DNA of 61,181 nucleotides, the filler included. It is 4 parts of 4 records of this genome, joined end to end, with 100 filler letters (N's around TTAATTAATTAA, not from the genome) between each part and the next. Parts side by side here need not be neighbours in the genome. Positions count along the whole stretch, not along the records: positions 22,923 to 38,997 come from SRR20825019_1631; 3 more parts are not named here. The stretch is one strand, 5' to 3'. Each line of letters starts with the position of its first letter. The first letter of the stretch is position 1. Of the stretch, positions 24,009 to 34,448 are shown piece after piece. The notes beneath the pieces are model-generated. The model was not told the origin of the DNA and did no database searches. It was given only the letters and a program-made list of their open reading frames with translations. The position numbers and the translations under genes were made by a program.

Positions 24009-25159
24009 TGTGTTTCTCCGCCAAGTCCAAGCTGATCAGCAAATACGGCCAATCGCTCGGTTCCCGCATGATCGCCTTCGAACACGGCCCTGGCCTCCCT
24101 CAGCGCATCGAGCGCATCTTGTTTCTTGCCAAGCACGACATACGAGCGGATCAGCTGCATCCAGCCTTTCATGTCATCAGGGTTTTCTTCCAGTCGCGCA
24201 GCCAAGCTGTCAACCATGCCTGCAATCATGTCGATACGTTCTGTCTGGGAAAGCGCTTCGGCATCGCGCACAGCCTGTGCATCCGGACCACGGATAAGCG
24301 TGCCTTGTTCAGAAAGCATGTTCTGATTCCGTGCGATATGACGGTCGACAGTTTCCAGCCATAACGAACCTGATGGAGATTGCGCGCGAATAGCTTCGAA
24401 ACGCTCCAGTGCCTCGCCATATCGTCCGGACTGCTCAACAGCCAGAGCAATATAGTAGTCGGCACGCAGGTCCTGCCCTCCCAAAGCATCGGCACGCCGG
24501 AAAATTTCAAGCGCCTCTTCTGTGACAACGCCGGAAGCTTCCGCCACAATAACCTCGCCCAGACCGACAAGCCTGTTGGGATCCGGTCCCAGTACCCGGA
24601 CGGCATTAACATAGGCATTGCGAGCCGCTTCAAAGCGCATCTGACGGGCATAAATCGGTGCCAGAAGTTCCCAGCCGCGCCCGTCATCCGGATGTTGGGC
24701 AAGGTGGGTTTCCACACGCGCCACCAGAACAGGCAAATCAGGATTGTCAGAATCAATACGTGCGGCCAACGGCTGATCTCTGACAAAAGGAGCGCCTATC
24801 AAGGTATAGGCGCTTCCTGCAGCTGCAAAACCGAGAACGATCACACCTGCGGTCAGCCAGCGAAGCCTGTGACGGGATGCCACTGGTCTTCCGGTTCGGT
24901 TGGAAGCCGCCGTTTTGCCGGACAGCTTTTCAACCGCAATCAGGCGTCGGGCGATCTCGGCACGAGACGCCTCGTAGGCTCTTTCGTCGACGCGGCCGTC
25001 TGCGCGATCGCGATCCAGCTCATGCAACTGATCCCGGTAGATCCCGGCACCGTCATCACTGTGTGTATCCGCCTCGGATACCATCCGCGAAAAAAGCGGA
25101 ATCATCACAGCCAGAGCAACCGCAAACGTACAGATAATGGCTAAAGCAAAATAACCCAT
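24005..25159 (-). CDS. ccmI: Cytochrome c biogenesis protein CcmI (CycH), TPR-containing
   Basis: [12 protein letters not shown]...[40 protein letters not shown]; directly upstream of ccmE. Confidence 0.93.
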   Translation of the reverse strand: MGYFALAIICTFAVALAVMIPLFSRMVSEADTHSDDGAGIYRDQLHELDRDRADGRVDERAYEASRAEIARRLIAVEKLSGKTAASNRTGRPVASRHRLRWLTAGVIVLGFAAAGSAYTLIGAPFVRDQPLAARIDSDNPDLPVLVARVETHLAQHPDDGRGWELLAPIYARQMRFEAARNAYVNAVRVLGPDPNRLVGLGEVIVAEASGVVTEEALEIFRRADALGGQDLRADYYIALAVEQSGRYGEALERFEAIRAQSPSGSLWLETVDRHIARNQNMLSEQGTLIRGPDAQAVRDAEALSQTERIDMIAGMVDSLAARLEENPDDMKGWMQLIRSYVVLGKKQDALDALREARAVFEGDHAGTERLAVFADQLGLGGETQ

Positions 25160-25264
25160 CGTGCTGTCGTAAGCGACCGTTCAGAATTTTCCAACACACA
25201 AACGTTTCATCTGGCGATTTCTGTTCAAAAAGCCGCAGGTCGGTTCACTGAATCTTAACAGAAA

Positions 25265-25669
25265 TCAGGTCAGCAAGGCCCAATTGCCACCAGTTTCGCG
25301 ACAAGCAGCGCCTCGCGCAACCTTCTCAACACCATCGACGATTACCCGCTGCGTATACTGGCGGCAATTCTGATCACCGACCTGATACGGGCTTGCAGCG
25401 GTTACACTGCCACTTGCCTGACGTCCCTGCCACTTGATGACCTCTCCGGCCGGCGCAGTGGACAAGGCATACTGCTCGGCCTGCAATGCTTTATTCAGGT
25501 CGGTATCGGAAAGGCGAACACCGCTTCTTTGAACCAATCCTGAAGGCAAGCTTTTGGAAGGCTGCGAAGCCCCATTTGCAGGCTCGGCAACCGGTACAGG
25601 GCCCATTGACGAGCACCCGGCGAGCATGACCATTGTTCCTGTCAAAAAAAGAAAGCGTTTCACGTTCAA
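25265..25669 (-). CDS. Outer-membrane lipoprotein (17 kDa surface antigen-like)
   Basis: Lipobox LAGC; C-terminal NCRQYTQRV...GAACRETGGNW; TTG/GTG start. Confidence 0.8.
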   Translation of the reverse strand: MNVKRFLFLTGTMVMLAGCSSMGPVPVAEPANGASQPSKSLPSGLVQRSGVRLSDTDLNKALQAEQYALSTAPAGEVIKWQGRQASGSVTAASPYQVGDQNCRQYTQRVIVDGVEKVARGAACRETGGNWALLT

Positions 25670-25844
25670 ACCTACTTTTCCATCCGCATTTGTCTGTTTC
25701 TACTGCGACTTACCGTGAAACCCCGACTATCACACGCGGAATGTTTCCGGTTTAGTGTTCGTGCTGAAGAAGCACCTAAACTGATTTCAAACTGCCTGTC
25801 GCCTAAAATTATTTTATGACAATATTTGGTAATGATAGCGCAAT

Positions 25845-27233
25845 TCAGCTGTTTTTAAGCGTCGCTTTTGCCGGAATTTGCAGTCGGGCAATCAAACCAC
25901 CGCTATCCATACCAGAAAGCGAGAAATCGCCCCCGTACGCTTGCACGATATCATCAACGATGGACAGGCCCAAACCTGAACCCGAAGCACTTTCATCGAG
26001 ACGCTGGCCGCGCTTCATGGCCCGGCGTATCTCATCTGGTGAAAGCCCGGAACCATCATCAGCCACAGTGATTTCAATCCAGTCACCTTCCCGGTCCTCA
26101 AGCGATATCTTTTGCGCGGTCAGCCGCACCTCTGTCTTTGCAAACCGTGCCGCATTTTCAAGCAGGTTCCCCACAATTTCTTCCATATCCTGCTGTTCCG
26201 TTGCGGCCACGAGATTATCGTCAGTCGTCAGTTTAAATTCTGTTTCGGGGTTTAATCGCCGCATGACTCTGACCAGACGCTCAAGTGTTGGCGCCACCTC
26301 ACAGCGGGTCAGCACCGACTGCGTCTGGGCCGCGATCCGGGCACGATTGAGATAGGCCTGAACCTGTGCCTGCATCAGGCTGATCTGCGATGCGATCAGT
26401 TTACCGCCATTATCGTTCAGTCCTTGTGCTTCATTGAGAAGAACCGCAATCGGTGTTTTCAGGGAGTGTGCAAGATTGCCAACCTGCATCCGCGCACGCT
26501 CGACAATTGCGCGGTTGTTCGCAAGCAACCCATTGATCTCGTCCGCCAGCGGTTGAATTTCGTCGGGAAACGCACCGCGCATTTGCCCTTCTCCGTTCTC
26601 AGAAACCTGGCGGAGCGCGCGACGCGCCAAATCCAGAGGATGAAGCGCCCACAGGATAACGAGTCCATTCACAAGCACGCTGGCAACACCAAACAAAGCC
26701 AGTGCCGTGTAAAGCCGTTTGGAAAACCAGCGCACCTCATCTCTTACAGCCTGTCGATTGCCGGTCACCTTGATCAGAATACGACGATCCTTCTCGTCCA
26801 TCGAAACAACTGTCTCGAGAACGGAAAGGTCGTTTCCATTATAATCCTTGATCACGTAAGTCCTACGAAAATCCTTGCCAAGTGGCACGGTTTCCCGGTC
26901 TTTTCCATCCAGCATGGCTTCGCCAAGAGACGGTGATTTCAGGCTGTCCTTCACGTCGTCACTCAGTGACTCGACCGTCCAGTACCAGCCTTGTCCGGGC
27001 TTCTGATAGTTGAGGTTTCCGAGTTGCGGCGCTCCCTTGAGTTTGCCGTTTTCATCGACGGAAACTGAATTGACGACATTAAATGTCTCGGCTTCCAATA
27101 ATTTGCGAAAGCTGCGTTCGGCCGCTCCGCTATAGAGCGCAGAGATAACGATTGCGATCACGACAAGGGAGATAACAAACCAGCCTGTCGTCAGAACAAG
27201 AGATCGAAACGTCAGTGAGTTTCCGGGTCTCAT
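25845..27233 (-). CDS. feuQ: Sensor histidine kinase FeuQ
   Basis: Two TM segments, H-box LAHSLKTP, NLLENA, DDGSG, GSGLGL; position between feuP and cycH as in rhizobia. Confidence 0.88.
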   Translation of the reverse strand: MRPGNSLTFRSLVLTTGWFVISLVVIAIVISALYSGAAERSFRKLLEAETFNVVNSVSVDENGKLKGAPQLGNLNYQKPGQGWYWTVESLSDDVKDSLKSPSLGEAMLDGKDRETVPLGKDFRRTYVIKDYNGNDLSVLETVVSMDEKDRRILIKVTGNRQAVRDEVRWFSKRLYTALALFGVASVLVNGLVILWALHPLDLARRALRQVSENGEGQMRGAFPDEIQPLADEINGLLANNRAIVERARMQVGNLAHSLKTPIAVLLNEAQGLNDNGGKLIASQISLMQAQVQAYLNRARIAAQTQSVLTRCEVAPTLERLVRVMRRLNPETEFKLTTDDNLVAATEQQDMEEIVGNLLENAARFAKTEVRLTAQKISLEDREGDWIEITVADDGSGLSPDEIRRAMKRGQRLDESASGSGLGLSIVDDIVQAYGGDFSLSGMDSGGLIARLQIPAKATLKNS

Positions 27234-27892
27234 TCCGGTGCCTGCATACGGTAGCCAAGGCCACGAACTGTCTCAATCCATTCGGCACCTATCTTTTTGC
27301 GAAGACGGCCGACAAAAACCTCAATCGTATTGGAATCACGATCAAAGTCCTGATCATAAAGATGTTCGGTCAGTTCTGTGCGTGAAATAACCTCGCCCTG
27401 ATGGTGCATCATATAGGACAAGAGCCGATATTCGTGTGAGGTCAAACGCAATAATCGCCCCTCGACACTTGCGCGTGATGCTTTGACATCAAGTTCAATC
27501 GGACCGCAATGGATTCTGGTTGAAGCATGACCGGCAGCGCGCCGGATCAGGGCACGGATACGCGCCAGCACCTCTTCTATATGAAACGGCTTAGTAACGT
27601 AATCATCTGCGCCGGCGTCGATACCGGCCACCTTATCGCTCCAGCGATCCCGCGCTGTCAGGATCAAAACCGGCATATTGCGCCCAGCCGCACGCCACCG
27701 CTCAAGAATCGTCACGCCGTCGAGACTGGGAAGTCCGATGTCAAGAATGACTGCATCATATGGTTCCGTATCACCCAGAAAGTGACCTTCTACACCATCG
27801 TAAGCGCAATCAACCACATAGCCTGCTTCACCGAGCATCTGGGCCAATTGCCTGTTCAGGTTCGCATCGTCTTCAACAAGGAGAATACGCAT
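27230..27892 (-). CDS. feuP: OmpR-family response regulator FeuP
   Basis: Receiver (LLVEDD, LDIGLP, DDYVTKPF) plus winged helix (DRDSNTIEVFVGRLRKK, ETVRGLGY). Confidence 0.9.
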   Translation of the reverse strand: MRILLVEDDANLNRQLAQMLGEAGYVVDCAYDGVEGHFLGDTEPYDAVILDIGLPSLDGVTILERWRAAGRNMPVLILTARDRWSDKVAGIDAGADDYVTKPFHIEEVLARIRALIRRAAGHASTRIHCGPIELDVKASRASVEGRLLRLTSHEYRLLSYMMHHQGEVISRTELTEHLYDQDFDRDSNTIEVFVGRLRKKIGAEWIETVRGLGYRMQAPE

Positions 27893-27954
27893 AAGAATTC
27901 AGTCGCTTCCAATTTCATTCCGTCAGGTGATCATGGCACCAGCAACAGTTTACT

Positions 27955-28200
27955 TCAATTCTTCGGAACCTGCCGCGTTATCTTTCTTGGAGGTTCTCCA
28001 TCCTTTGACATGACAATCACCGTTACTGTGCAAATATCACCGTCAGGCGAAGGCACAGCCGAAAGCAGCTCGCCACCTGTGCTGGCTACAACGCGCTGGG
28101 CAGCGCCTGAGCAGTCTGCGGCCTCAGCAACGCCCACAGAGCCGGAAAGCAGAGTTCCGGCAATAATGCTTCTGATAAGCATGTTGCAGTTGTTCTTCAT
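27955..28200 (-). CDS. feuN: Small periplasmic modulator, FeuN-like
   Basis: Signal peptide ending AEA-A, two Cys (DCSGAAQRVVASTGGELLS...CTVTVIV...PPRKIT); directly upstream of feuP. Confidence 0.7.
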   Translation of the reverse strand: MKNNCNMLIRSIIAGTLLSGSVGVAEAADCSGAAQRVVASTGGELLSAVPSPDGDICTVTVIVMSKDGEPPRKITRQVPKN

Positions 28201-28332
28201 ATGAATCACTTTCGATATACTGCACTTCATCCAGGACAGGTGTAGGGTGGACCGGCTTAATGCAATATGAATAAACGGAATTCGTAGATGCCTGAAAGCT
28301 TTTTGAAAGTACAAAAACGCCTCGGGATCTGC

Positions 28333-28357
28333 GGTCACCGGCTTATCACCGGTGACC
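28333..28357. terminator. Hairpin downstream of the GTA cluster
   Basis: GGTCACCGG-N7-CCGGTGACC perfect 9-bp inverted repeat just after the last GTA gene; the U-tract is on the + side only. Confidence 0.55.
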
Positions 28358-28378
28358 TGTTTTCAGTTTGAAGGCTGA

Positions 28379-28588
28379 TCAGCGGGACAACACCTTTCGC
28401 GCTGAAAGACGGCCAAACAATGCCAACAATCCGCCCACAGATCCGATCGCTGTCACCATCAGTTCAGCAACCTGGTTCTGGGTCCCCTGATCAAGTTCAA
28501 CTCCAGCCAGTTGTACAAGCGGTGCTGCAACGGCAATCAGTGCCCCCCATACGGTTTTGGAAGAGTACCATTTTTTAGAAGTATCCAT
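28379..28588 (-). CDS. Small 2-TM holin-like protein at the distal end of the GTA cluster
   Basis: 69 aa, KKWYSSKTVWG N-terminus, two hydrophobic stretches, basic C-terminus; GGAG RBS; 18 nt after the g15 stop. Confidence 0.6.
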   Translation of the reverse strand: MDTSKKWYSSKTVWGALIAVAAPLVQLAGVELDQGTQNQVAELMVTAIGSVGGLLALFGRLSARKVLSR

Positions 28589-28606
28589 GTCTGTCTCCGT
28601 GAAACT

Positions 28607-31600
28607 TCAGGATGGAAAGGAAAATTGCGCACTCAACGGAATGCCGAGTGGCACCTTGCGGCCAAGCTGGCAGAGCTTCACCGAAAGCTGGTTGGGCAGA
28701 TTGCCGAAATCGTTCAGTTGGAGCGTGGATGAATAGAGGTATTCCGGCGCAGTTGTTTCTGTCTGCCGGACAAGCTCTGCACCGCTATAAATCTCGATCC
28801 TGTAACGCTCCTGATCCTCGTCGAGCGAAACATCGCTTGCAGACCAGTCATCGGAATCGATCCTGCTTCTGCGCACCCAGTTGAAGGCAATGTCGCCATT
28901 GTCGTGGCGATAGCCTCGCAGGTGCACGGGAGCGAACGGGGTTTGCGCACGCAGGCCACCGGAAAAAACATATGGCGCATCCGGCGCGATCTGCCCGAAA
29001 GAGGTTTCGACAATATAGTTTCGTGCCAATCCTGCCTGCCGCGCATCCAGGCCGACGGAAACAACCGCACTGTTGAGAACGACGGCCCGGTTATTCGCAC
29101 TGGCCGATAGCACCATGGCATCTTCAGTTCCGGCCAGACCACGCAGCAGCCCTTCAAGCTGCCAGCGTCCCGGCGATATCTCGGTCGCATTCAGGAAACC
29201 TATGATTTCGAAAATGCCATTATCAGCTTCAACGGCAATCCGATTGGCCCCTGCAAGGACGGAGATGCGCGGAGCCGATGACAGCCCGCCGAAATCCAGT
29301 TCAATCTCTAGCACATGCCTGAAATCAAAACGGCCACCGATTCCAGGTTCAAGCGCAGAAGCAAGCCTGGCCGTCGAGGCAGGTCTTTCGATGAAAGTAT
29401 TGCCCGCATAACCTTCGCTCGTCGCCGAGGATGAAACGAATATCCGTCGCCAGGGTTTTGCGAAAACAGCAATACGCGAAAAGTCTTCTGCCGCACCTTC
29501 CTCATACTGCGGCAGGTCCATCAGCATGACACGCGGCGCGAACCCATCGGACGCAGTATCGCCGGACTGTGCCCGGTCGCTTCGGATAAACGCGCTACCG
29601 ATCAAAGGCGCAAACGAGCGTGCTTCGACATGAATGGTTTCGCCAATATCAAGCTTGGTGACCATAAACCGGCCACCTGGCCCATCGGAAAGGCGGATCA
29701 CGTCCCCGATCTCGATATCCCGCATCTGCGGTGATGTATCGAACGTCAGTTCACGCACCGAAATGCGATTTTCCCGCAGAAGATTGCCTGCCAGATGCAG
29801 CGCCTGCGTTTCCGGTAGCACGGTCGGCAGACCGTACCGCAAAACCCTGTCATTGGCAGAGACGATGCGAGCCGAACGCGCACTGGCCTGTTCATAATCG
29901 GTGTCCGCGTCCAGATAAGAGACAACCGTTTCGCCAGCCAGATCGCTGTCATGTCGGCGGGTCTCACGCCAAAGTCCGGCGTCCTGCCTGTCAGCCACGA
30001 CGCTGATTTCACCAGGTGGCAGACTGACACTGAGGCGAGAACGAAAGACGAGGCGCCCAGCTGTCTCCAGACTATCTGCCGTGTAGAGAGACAGAAGGGG
30101 GGCCAGAACATTGCGCGCGGTTTCAATACCAGCCTGCTGATAGCCTGCCAAATCTCCGGTCAGAAGCGTTGTATCGAAGTCGGTGAAACCATGATCGCTC
30201 AGGATTGCCGTGACCGTATCGGCAAGCGTTGTCGCACCCAACCTGCCATTCAGCCAGTGACCGGTCGTCCAGTTATCCCCATCGCTCCACAAATCCGCGT
30301 TTTGCGGAAATGCCGGGTAAGGCCGGATATCCCAGCACCAGAGAAAGACATAGCCCGGATCAATCATACCGGCCGGGGCGTTTCCACTTTCCCACCAGTC
30401 AAGATGCGTTTCCAGAAAGCGGCGTTGCTCCACATCCCGGCGCTGGCCGGACGAAAAATATGGAAATGCCGATTCCGATGATTTGGGATCACCGAAGACA
30501 TTCGGCTGACACGCTCCCTTATCAATTGCAGGACAGCCAAGCTCGGTAAACCAGATCGGCTTTTGTTTCGGCGACCATGCACTCGGTGTCGAAACCTCGG
30601 CGCCTGCAACCCGATCAAAATGCGGGTTGGCCCACCAGTTCTCGATATCCTTATAGCGATAAACCCAGGGTTTTCCGGCAGCTCCATCGGTAATGGGCGT
30701 GCGTAACCGCGCCGCACGATCAGCATTGCTCGCGTAATACCAGTCATACCCCTCTCCCGTCGCGATCTGCGCCTGCATATGTGCAGGATCGTCACGAACG
30801 CGAAAACCATCCGGATTTTCATCTCCAAGATCGGTATCCCGCCAATCGGAGAGCGGCATGTAATTGTCGATACCGACAGCGGTTATATCGTTGCTTGCCC
30901 AAAGCGGATCGAGGTTGAAATAGACGTTTCCGCTGCCATCGGCCGGATGATAACCGAAATACTCGCTCCAGTCGGCACCATAGGTCAGCGCCGTCTGCGG
31001 CCCGACAATGGCGCGAACATCGGCGGCCAGTTCCACCAGCCCTTCAACGAATGGGAAGGCATCATTCTCATCGCGGATCGAAGTCAGACCGCGAAGTTCA
31101 GATCCGATAATGAAACCATCAACGCCCCCGGCAGCAGCGGCAAGGTGCGCATAGTGCAAAACCAGCCTGCGATAACCAAATTCCAGACCTTCAAAGTCGA
31201 TGATGTCCCCAATCTGCGAAAATTCATCTGGGTCAGTACTGCCGAGAAACTGTTCCACCTGCGTTCGCGCCGAAGCCGAACGGTCCGTTGTGCCAGGCAT
31301 ACCGGGTGCCGGATAGCAGGTTATCCGCCCACGCCAGGGATAGATTGCCTGCTCACTTCCCCCATAAGGATCTGCCAGACCGTTTCCTTCCGGCACATCC
31401 ATCATGATGAATGGATAGAGAAAAACTTCCAGCCCCCGCGCCTTCAGATCAGCAATCGCGGCAATCAGACCGGCGTCGTTCGGTGTACCGCCATAGGCCG
31501 GGCCACCATTGTGGCGTGAAACGACATAGGCATCTTCACGCTCGATACCACTGACGCGCCATGGGCTACTTTCGTCGCCGCGCGAGGATATTTCCACCCC

Positions 31601-32458
31601 CGGACTGATCAGGCACTCTCCGGCTCGAAGGTCAGTGCCGAACCATGTCACCACCAGAGCAACACGCTCCAGATTCGGACAAAGCGCCATCAGTTCGTCC
31701 ATCGATGCTTCCCAGTCCGTATTCCGGGTCAACGTATTGCGGTTGATGATCCGTTGCGCGCCGCTGCCAATCGACTCCGTGACCTGATACGGGCAAAGGC
31801 CATGCTCGGTCGCACCGGGAATAATGGCCATGGCGCGGATCTGGTTTTCAAGCTTTCCGGTCGGCTTGAGAACCTCGAACTGCAACACAGGAATGCGATT
31901 GCCAAAGCTGTCGAGTGGCAGCCGCTCGAACACAACATAACAAAGCCCGCGATAGGCCGGGGCATTGCCTTCGCCCTGCCGTGCCTCGATCAACGGATCG
32001 GGAAGCTGAGTATCCTCACCGTGATAAAGGCGCATCTCAACATGGGCGAGATCCAGTTCACGACCATCGGCCCAGACCCGGCGGATGGAAGCCACCGGCC
32101 CTTCGCAAATGCCAAAGGCGAAATTGCCGTAATAGGCGAAGCTGGTGGGCGCTGTTCCGGCAGCCTTGCCGCCCGACCGTTCTTCGGTCACCTGCTCTTC
32201 AAACCGTGTCGCCCAGATCAACGTTCCGCCGATGCGTGACGTGCCGTAGACCCGCGGAATTGCAACACCTTCTTCTGCGCCACCAACGCGCGCGGTTGCC
32301 AGATGCTGCCCTTTCACCGCAGATGCCCCGCCGCCGAAAAGGCGGCTGTCAACAGCACTTCCGGCCAGCGCACCTAAAGCGCGACCGGCAATCGCACCAA
32401 ATGGACCAAGCGCACTGCCAATGACAGCACCAGCCGCCTGAAAGACGATAGTCGCCAT
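28607..32458 (-). CDS. GTA baseplate megatron protein (g15; TIM-barrel plus phage tail domains)
   Basis: 1283 aa; MATIVFQAAG, GGTLIWAT, APAYRGLCYVVFERLPL, GIDNYMPLSDWRD, KPIWFTELGCPAIDKG, GHWLNGRL. Confidence 0.95.
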   Translation of the reverse strand: MATIVFQAAGAVIGSALGPFGAIAGRALGALAGSAVDSRLFGGGASAVKGQHLATARVGGAEEGVAIPRVYGTSRIGGTLIWATRFEEQVTEERSGGKAAGTAPTSFAYYGNFAFGICEGPVASIRRVWADGRELDLAHVEMRLYHGEDTQLPDPLIEARQGEGNAPAYRGLCYVVFERLPLDSFGNRIPVLQFEVLKPTGKLENQIRAMAIIPGATEHGLCPYQVTESIGSGAQRIINRNTLTRNTDWEASMDELMALCPNLERVALVVTWFGTDLRAGECLISPGVEISSRGDESSPWRVSGIEREDAYVVSRHNGGPAYGGTPNDAGLIAAIADLKARGLEVFLYPFIMMDVPEGNGLADPYGGSEQAIYPWRGRITCYPAPGMPGTTDRSASARTQVEQFLGSTDPDEFSQIGDIIDFEGLEFGYRRLVLHYAHLAAAAGGVDGFIIGSELRGLTSIRDENDAFPFVEGLVELAADVRAIVGPQTALTYGADWSEYFGYHPADGSGNVYFNLDPLWASNDITAVGIDNYMPLSDWRDTDLGDENPDGFRVRDDPAHMQAQIATGEGYDWYYASNADRAARLRTPITDGAAGKPWVYRYKDIENWWANPHFDRVAGAEVSTPSAWSPKQKPIWFTELGCPAIDKGACQPNVFGDPKSSESAFPYFSSGQRRDVEQRRFLETHLDWWESGNAPAGMIDPGYVFLWCWDIRPYPAFPQNADLWSDGDNWTTGHWLNGRLGATTLADTVTAILSDHGFTDFDTTLLTGDLAGYQQAGIETARNVLAPLLSLYTADSLETAGRLVFRSRLSVSLPPGEISVVADRQDAGLWRETRRHDSDLAGETVVSYLDADTDYEQASARSARIVSANDRVLRYGLPTVLPETQALHLAGNLLRENRISVRELTFDTSPQMRDIEIGDVIRLSDGPGGRFMVTKLDIGETIHVEARSFAPLIGSAFIRSDRAQSGDTASDGFAPRVMLMDLPQYEEGAAEDFSRIAVFAKPWRRIFVSSSATSEGYAGNTFIERPASTARLASALEPGIGGRFDFRHVLEIELDFGGLSSAPRISVLAGANRIAVEADNGIFEIIGFLNATEISPGRWQLEGLLRGLAGTEDAMVLSASANNRAVVLNSAVVSVGLDARQAGLARNYIVETSFGQIAPDAPYVFSGGLRAQTPFAPVHLRGYRHDNGDIAFNWVRRSRIDSDDWSASDVSLDEDQERYRIEIYSGAELVRQTETTAPEYLYSSTLQLNDFGNLPNQLSVKLCQLGRKVPLGIPLSAQFSFPS

Positions 32459-32475
32459 GTTGAAAACCTCGATGT

Positions 32476-32913
32476 TTAGGTGTGGGCGGGAAGACGGTAA
32501 ACACCCGCGATTTTTCGCCGCCAGCCGGGGACCAGCGCAGAGCGAATAACGCCGGTCTTTTCGTAAGCGTGAATGAAATGGTCCGGCCCTGTCAGTACGC
32601 CGATATGCTTCGCCGGAAACTGCGGTCGCCAGCGAAACAGAAGCAGATCGCCCGGCATCATGTCATGTGAGGGAAGCGACGGCCCGCAATGGCGTTCCGC
32701 CGCCTTGAGCAAGCGCTCCTCACCACCATGCTCAGCCCAGTCCGCTGCATAAGAAATATTCAGTGGTGGCATGGTGCCATACACCGCGCACCATATGCCC
32801 CGAACCAGCCCCAGACAGTCGCAGCCAACGCCTCGCTTGCAGGCCTGATGACGATAGGGCGTGCCCAGCCATGCTTCGGCTTCAGCCACAGCCAGTTTCT
32901 GAATGACAGTCAT
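32476..32913 (-). CDS. GTA NlpC/P60 cell-wall peptidase (g14)
   Basis: WLGTPYRHQA...GCDCLGLVRG...AKHIGV...FIHAYE. Confidence 0.95.
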   Translation of the reverse strand: MTVIQKLAVAEAEAWLGTPYRHQACKRGVGCDCLGLVRGIWCAVYGTMPPLNISYAADWAEHGGEERLLKAAERHCGPSLPSHDMMPGDLLLFRWRPQFPAKHIGVLTGPDHFIHAYEKTGVIRSALVPGWRRKIAGVYRLPAHT

Positions 32914-33800
32914 TTGAACAGCACGCTTCCGTCATGCTCGCTTTCGCCATCCACATAGGAATAGGCGAAATCGGAACCGGGCATATGCGGAAACCCACGG
33001 AAATTCAGATGGTTTGAGAATTTTGTCCGGCACGTATGGAAAGACTTGTCGCATCCGGCAACAATCTTCACCGCGTCACCGGCTTCCGGTATCGCCTCAA
33101 GGGGAAGCCACAAATCGACCTGCAATGCAGTTTCAACATTGCTGTTGGTTTCGATATCCACTCTTTGCCCGGACAGCAGACCATTCTCGAATGTCAGCAC
33201 ACCAAAGGAAAAGAACCCTTTCGCAAAGCTCCCGCCAGCCGCGATAATCAGACGGGTTTCGCTTTCAACCCGCACAATAGCCCCGGTGGTGTGAAAACCA
33301 ACCTGCCCCGTATCAAACCGGCACCGTCCATCCCCCAGGGCGGCATCGCAACGCCTTGAAAAACTGCGACCCTGCGGTTGCGACAGCCGGTGCGTAATCG
33401 AGCGAAGTTCTGCCTTGAACGCCCCTGCTTCCCGGCTCACTTCGCCGATTTCGTAAACCTCAAGCTTTTGATAGTCCGCCGGTTTCTGCCAGTTAACCAG
33501 ATAAACCTCGACCCGTGCGCCATCGTAACGACCGGCCGCAAGTTCGCTTTCCTCAATGGCATCACTGGAAAATCCGCCAGCCACCTGATTGCTTGTCGCG
33601 GAAAGCCCTGCTTCTTGAGCGACTTCAGACGCCGAAAAACCACTGGCTGCCAGAAAGATCGTCTCTGCAAAAAAAAGATCGTGGTCATGCTCGGTAAAAC
33701 CCAGCACACCGCCATCGCGCCGGATCACACGCCAGCAATAGCAAACCGTGGTCGCATCCCCTACAAGATGGTCTTTCAGCCCTGCTGCCAGTTCTCTCAT
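32910..33800 (-). CDS. GTA baseplate hub protein (g13; DUF2163/BR0599 family)
   Basis: LGFTEHDHDL, CDAALGDGRC, AGCDKSFHTCRTKFSNHLNFRGFPHMPG. Confidence 0.93.
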   Translation of the reverse strand: MRELAAGLKDHLVGDATTVCYCWRVIRRDGGVLGFTEHDHDLFFAETIFLAASGFSASEVAQEAGLSATSNQVAGGFSSDAIEESELAAGRYDGARVEVYLVNWQKPADYQKLEVYEIGEVSREAGAFKAELRSITHRLSQPQGRSFSRRCDAALGDGRCRFDTGQVGFHTTGAIVRVESETRLIIAAGGSFAKGFFSFGVLTFENGLLSGQRVDIETNSNVETALQVDLWLPLEAIPEAGDAVKIVAGCDKSFHTCRTKFSNHLNFRGFPHMPGSDFAYSYVDGESEHDGSVLFK

Positions 33801-34438
33801 GGTCTGATCTCCACCAGTGGAACATTGGGAATGTGACCGGCATTAAACGCCGACATGTTGATATCAATCCGGTCGATATCGAAGCGCACGGGAACATCGA
33901 ATTCATATCCGGCGAAGATTTCAGCCCCGTTTGCCGGAACGTGTCCCTCATTGAATGTGACCCGACCCGTCGTTGCATCAACGGAGTAGGCAGAAGGAGC
34001 AGCAACAACGCCGCCGACAGCAATTTTCACCGTGTCACCGACGGGTTTTTCGATTGTCCGCACCTTTGATGCCGCCCCGTCGCCATAGGTCTTGATCAAC
34101 TGAAAGCTTGCCGTTTCGCCATCACCCTGCCCGATCCACTGGTCTGTCGCAGCCGGTTGCTGAAGGGGACCGCAAGACTTGGCATCTACAGGATCACGAA
34201 ACCTGAACCCGTGAAGCTGTCCGCTGCGCGCTTCGAAGAAGGAAAGCAGTTCATATAGGTCACTCAGTGACCGTACGCTCGATCCTGCATCATAAGCGCG
34301 CCGGGAATCGCGCCAGCGCTGATTGCGGTTTTCCCGCCCGTTGGACAGGTTGACGATATCGGTTCGCCGCACCGGCCCACCGCTTGTTGAAAGCGACAGC
34401 CGTAGCGGAAACGGCACTTCATGAAAGCCTTGCACCAT
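33797..34438 (-). CDS. GTA distal tail protein (g12; TIGR02217/DUF2460)
   Basis: FHEVPFP...SGGPVRRTDIV...FFEARSGQLHGFRFRDP...AGYEFDVPVRFD. Confidence 0.93.
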   Translation of the reverse strand: MVQGFHEVPFPLRLSLSTSGGPVRRTDIVNLSNGRENRNQRWRDSRRAYDAGSSVRSLSDLYELLSFFEARSGQLHGFRFRDPVDAKSCGPLQQPAATDQWIGQGDGETASFQLIKTYGDGAASKVRTIEKPVGDTVKIAVGGVVAAPSAYSVDATTGRVTFNEGHVPANGAEIFAGYEFDVPVRFDIDRIDINMSAFNAGHIPNVPLVEIRP

Positions 34439-34448
34439 GGGAACGTCC

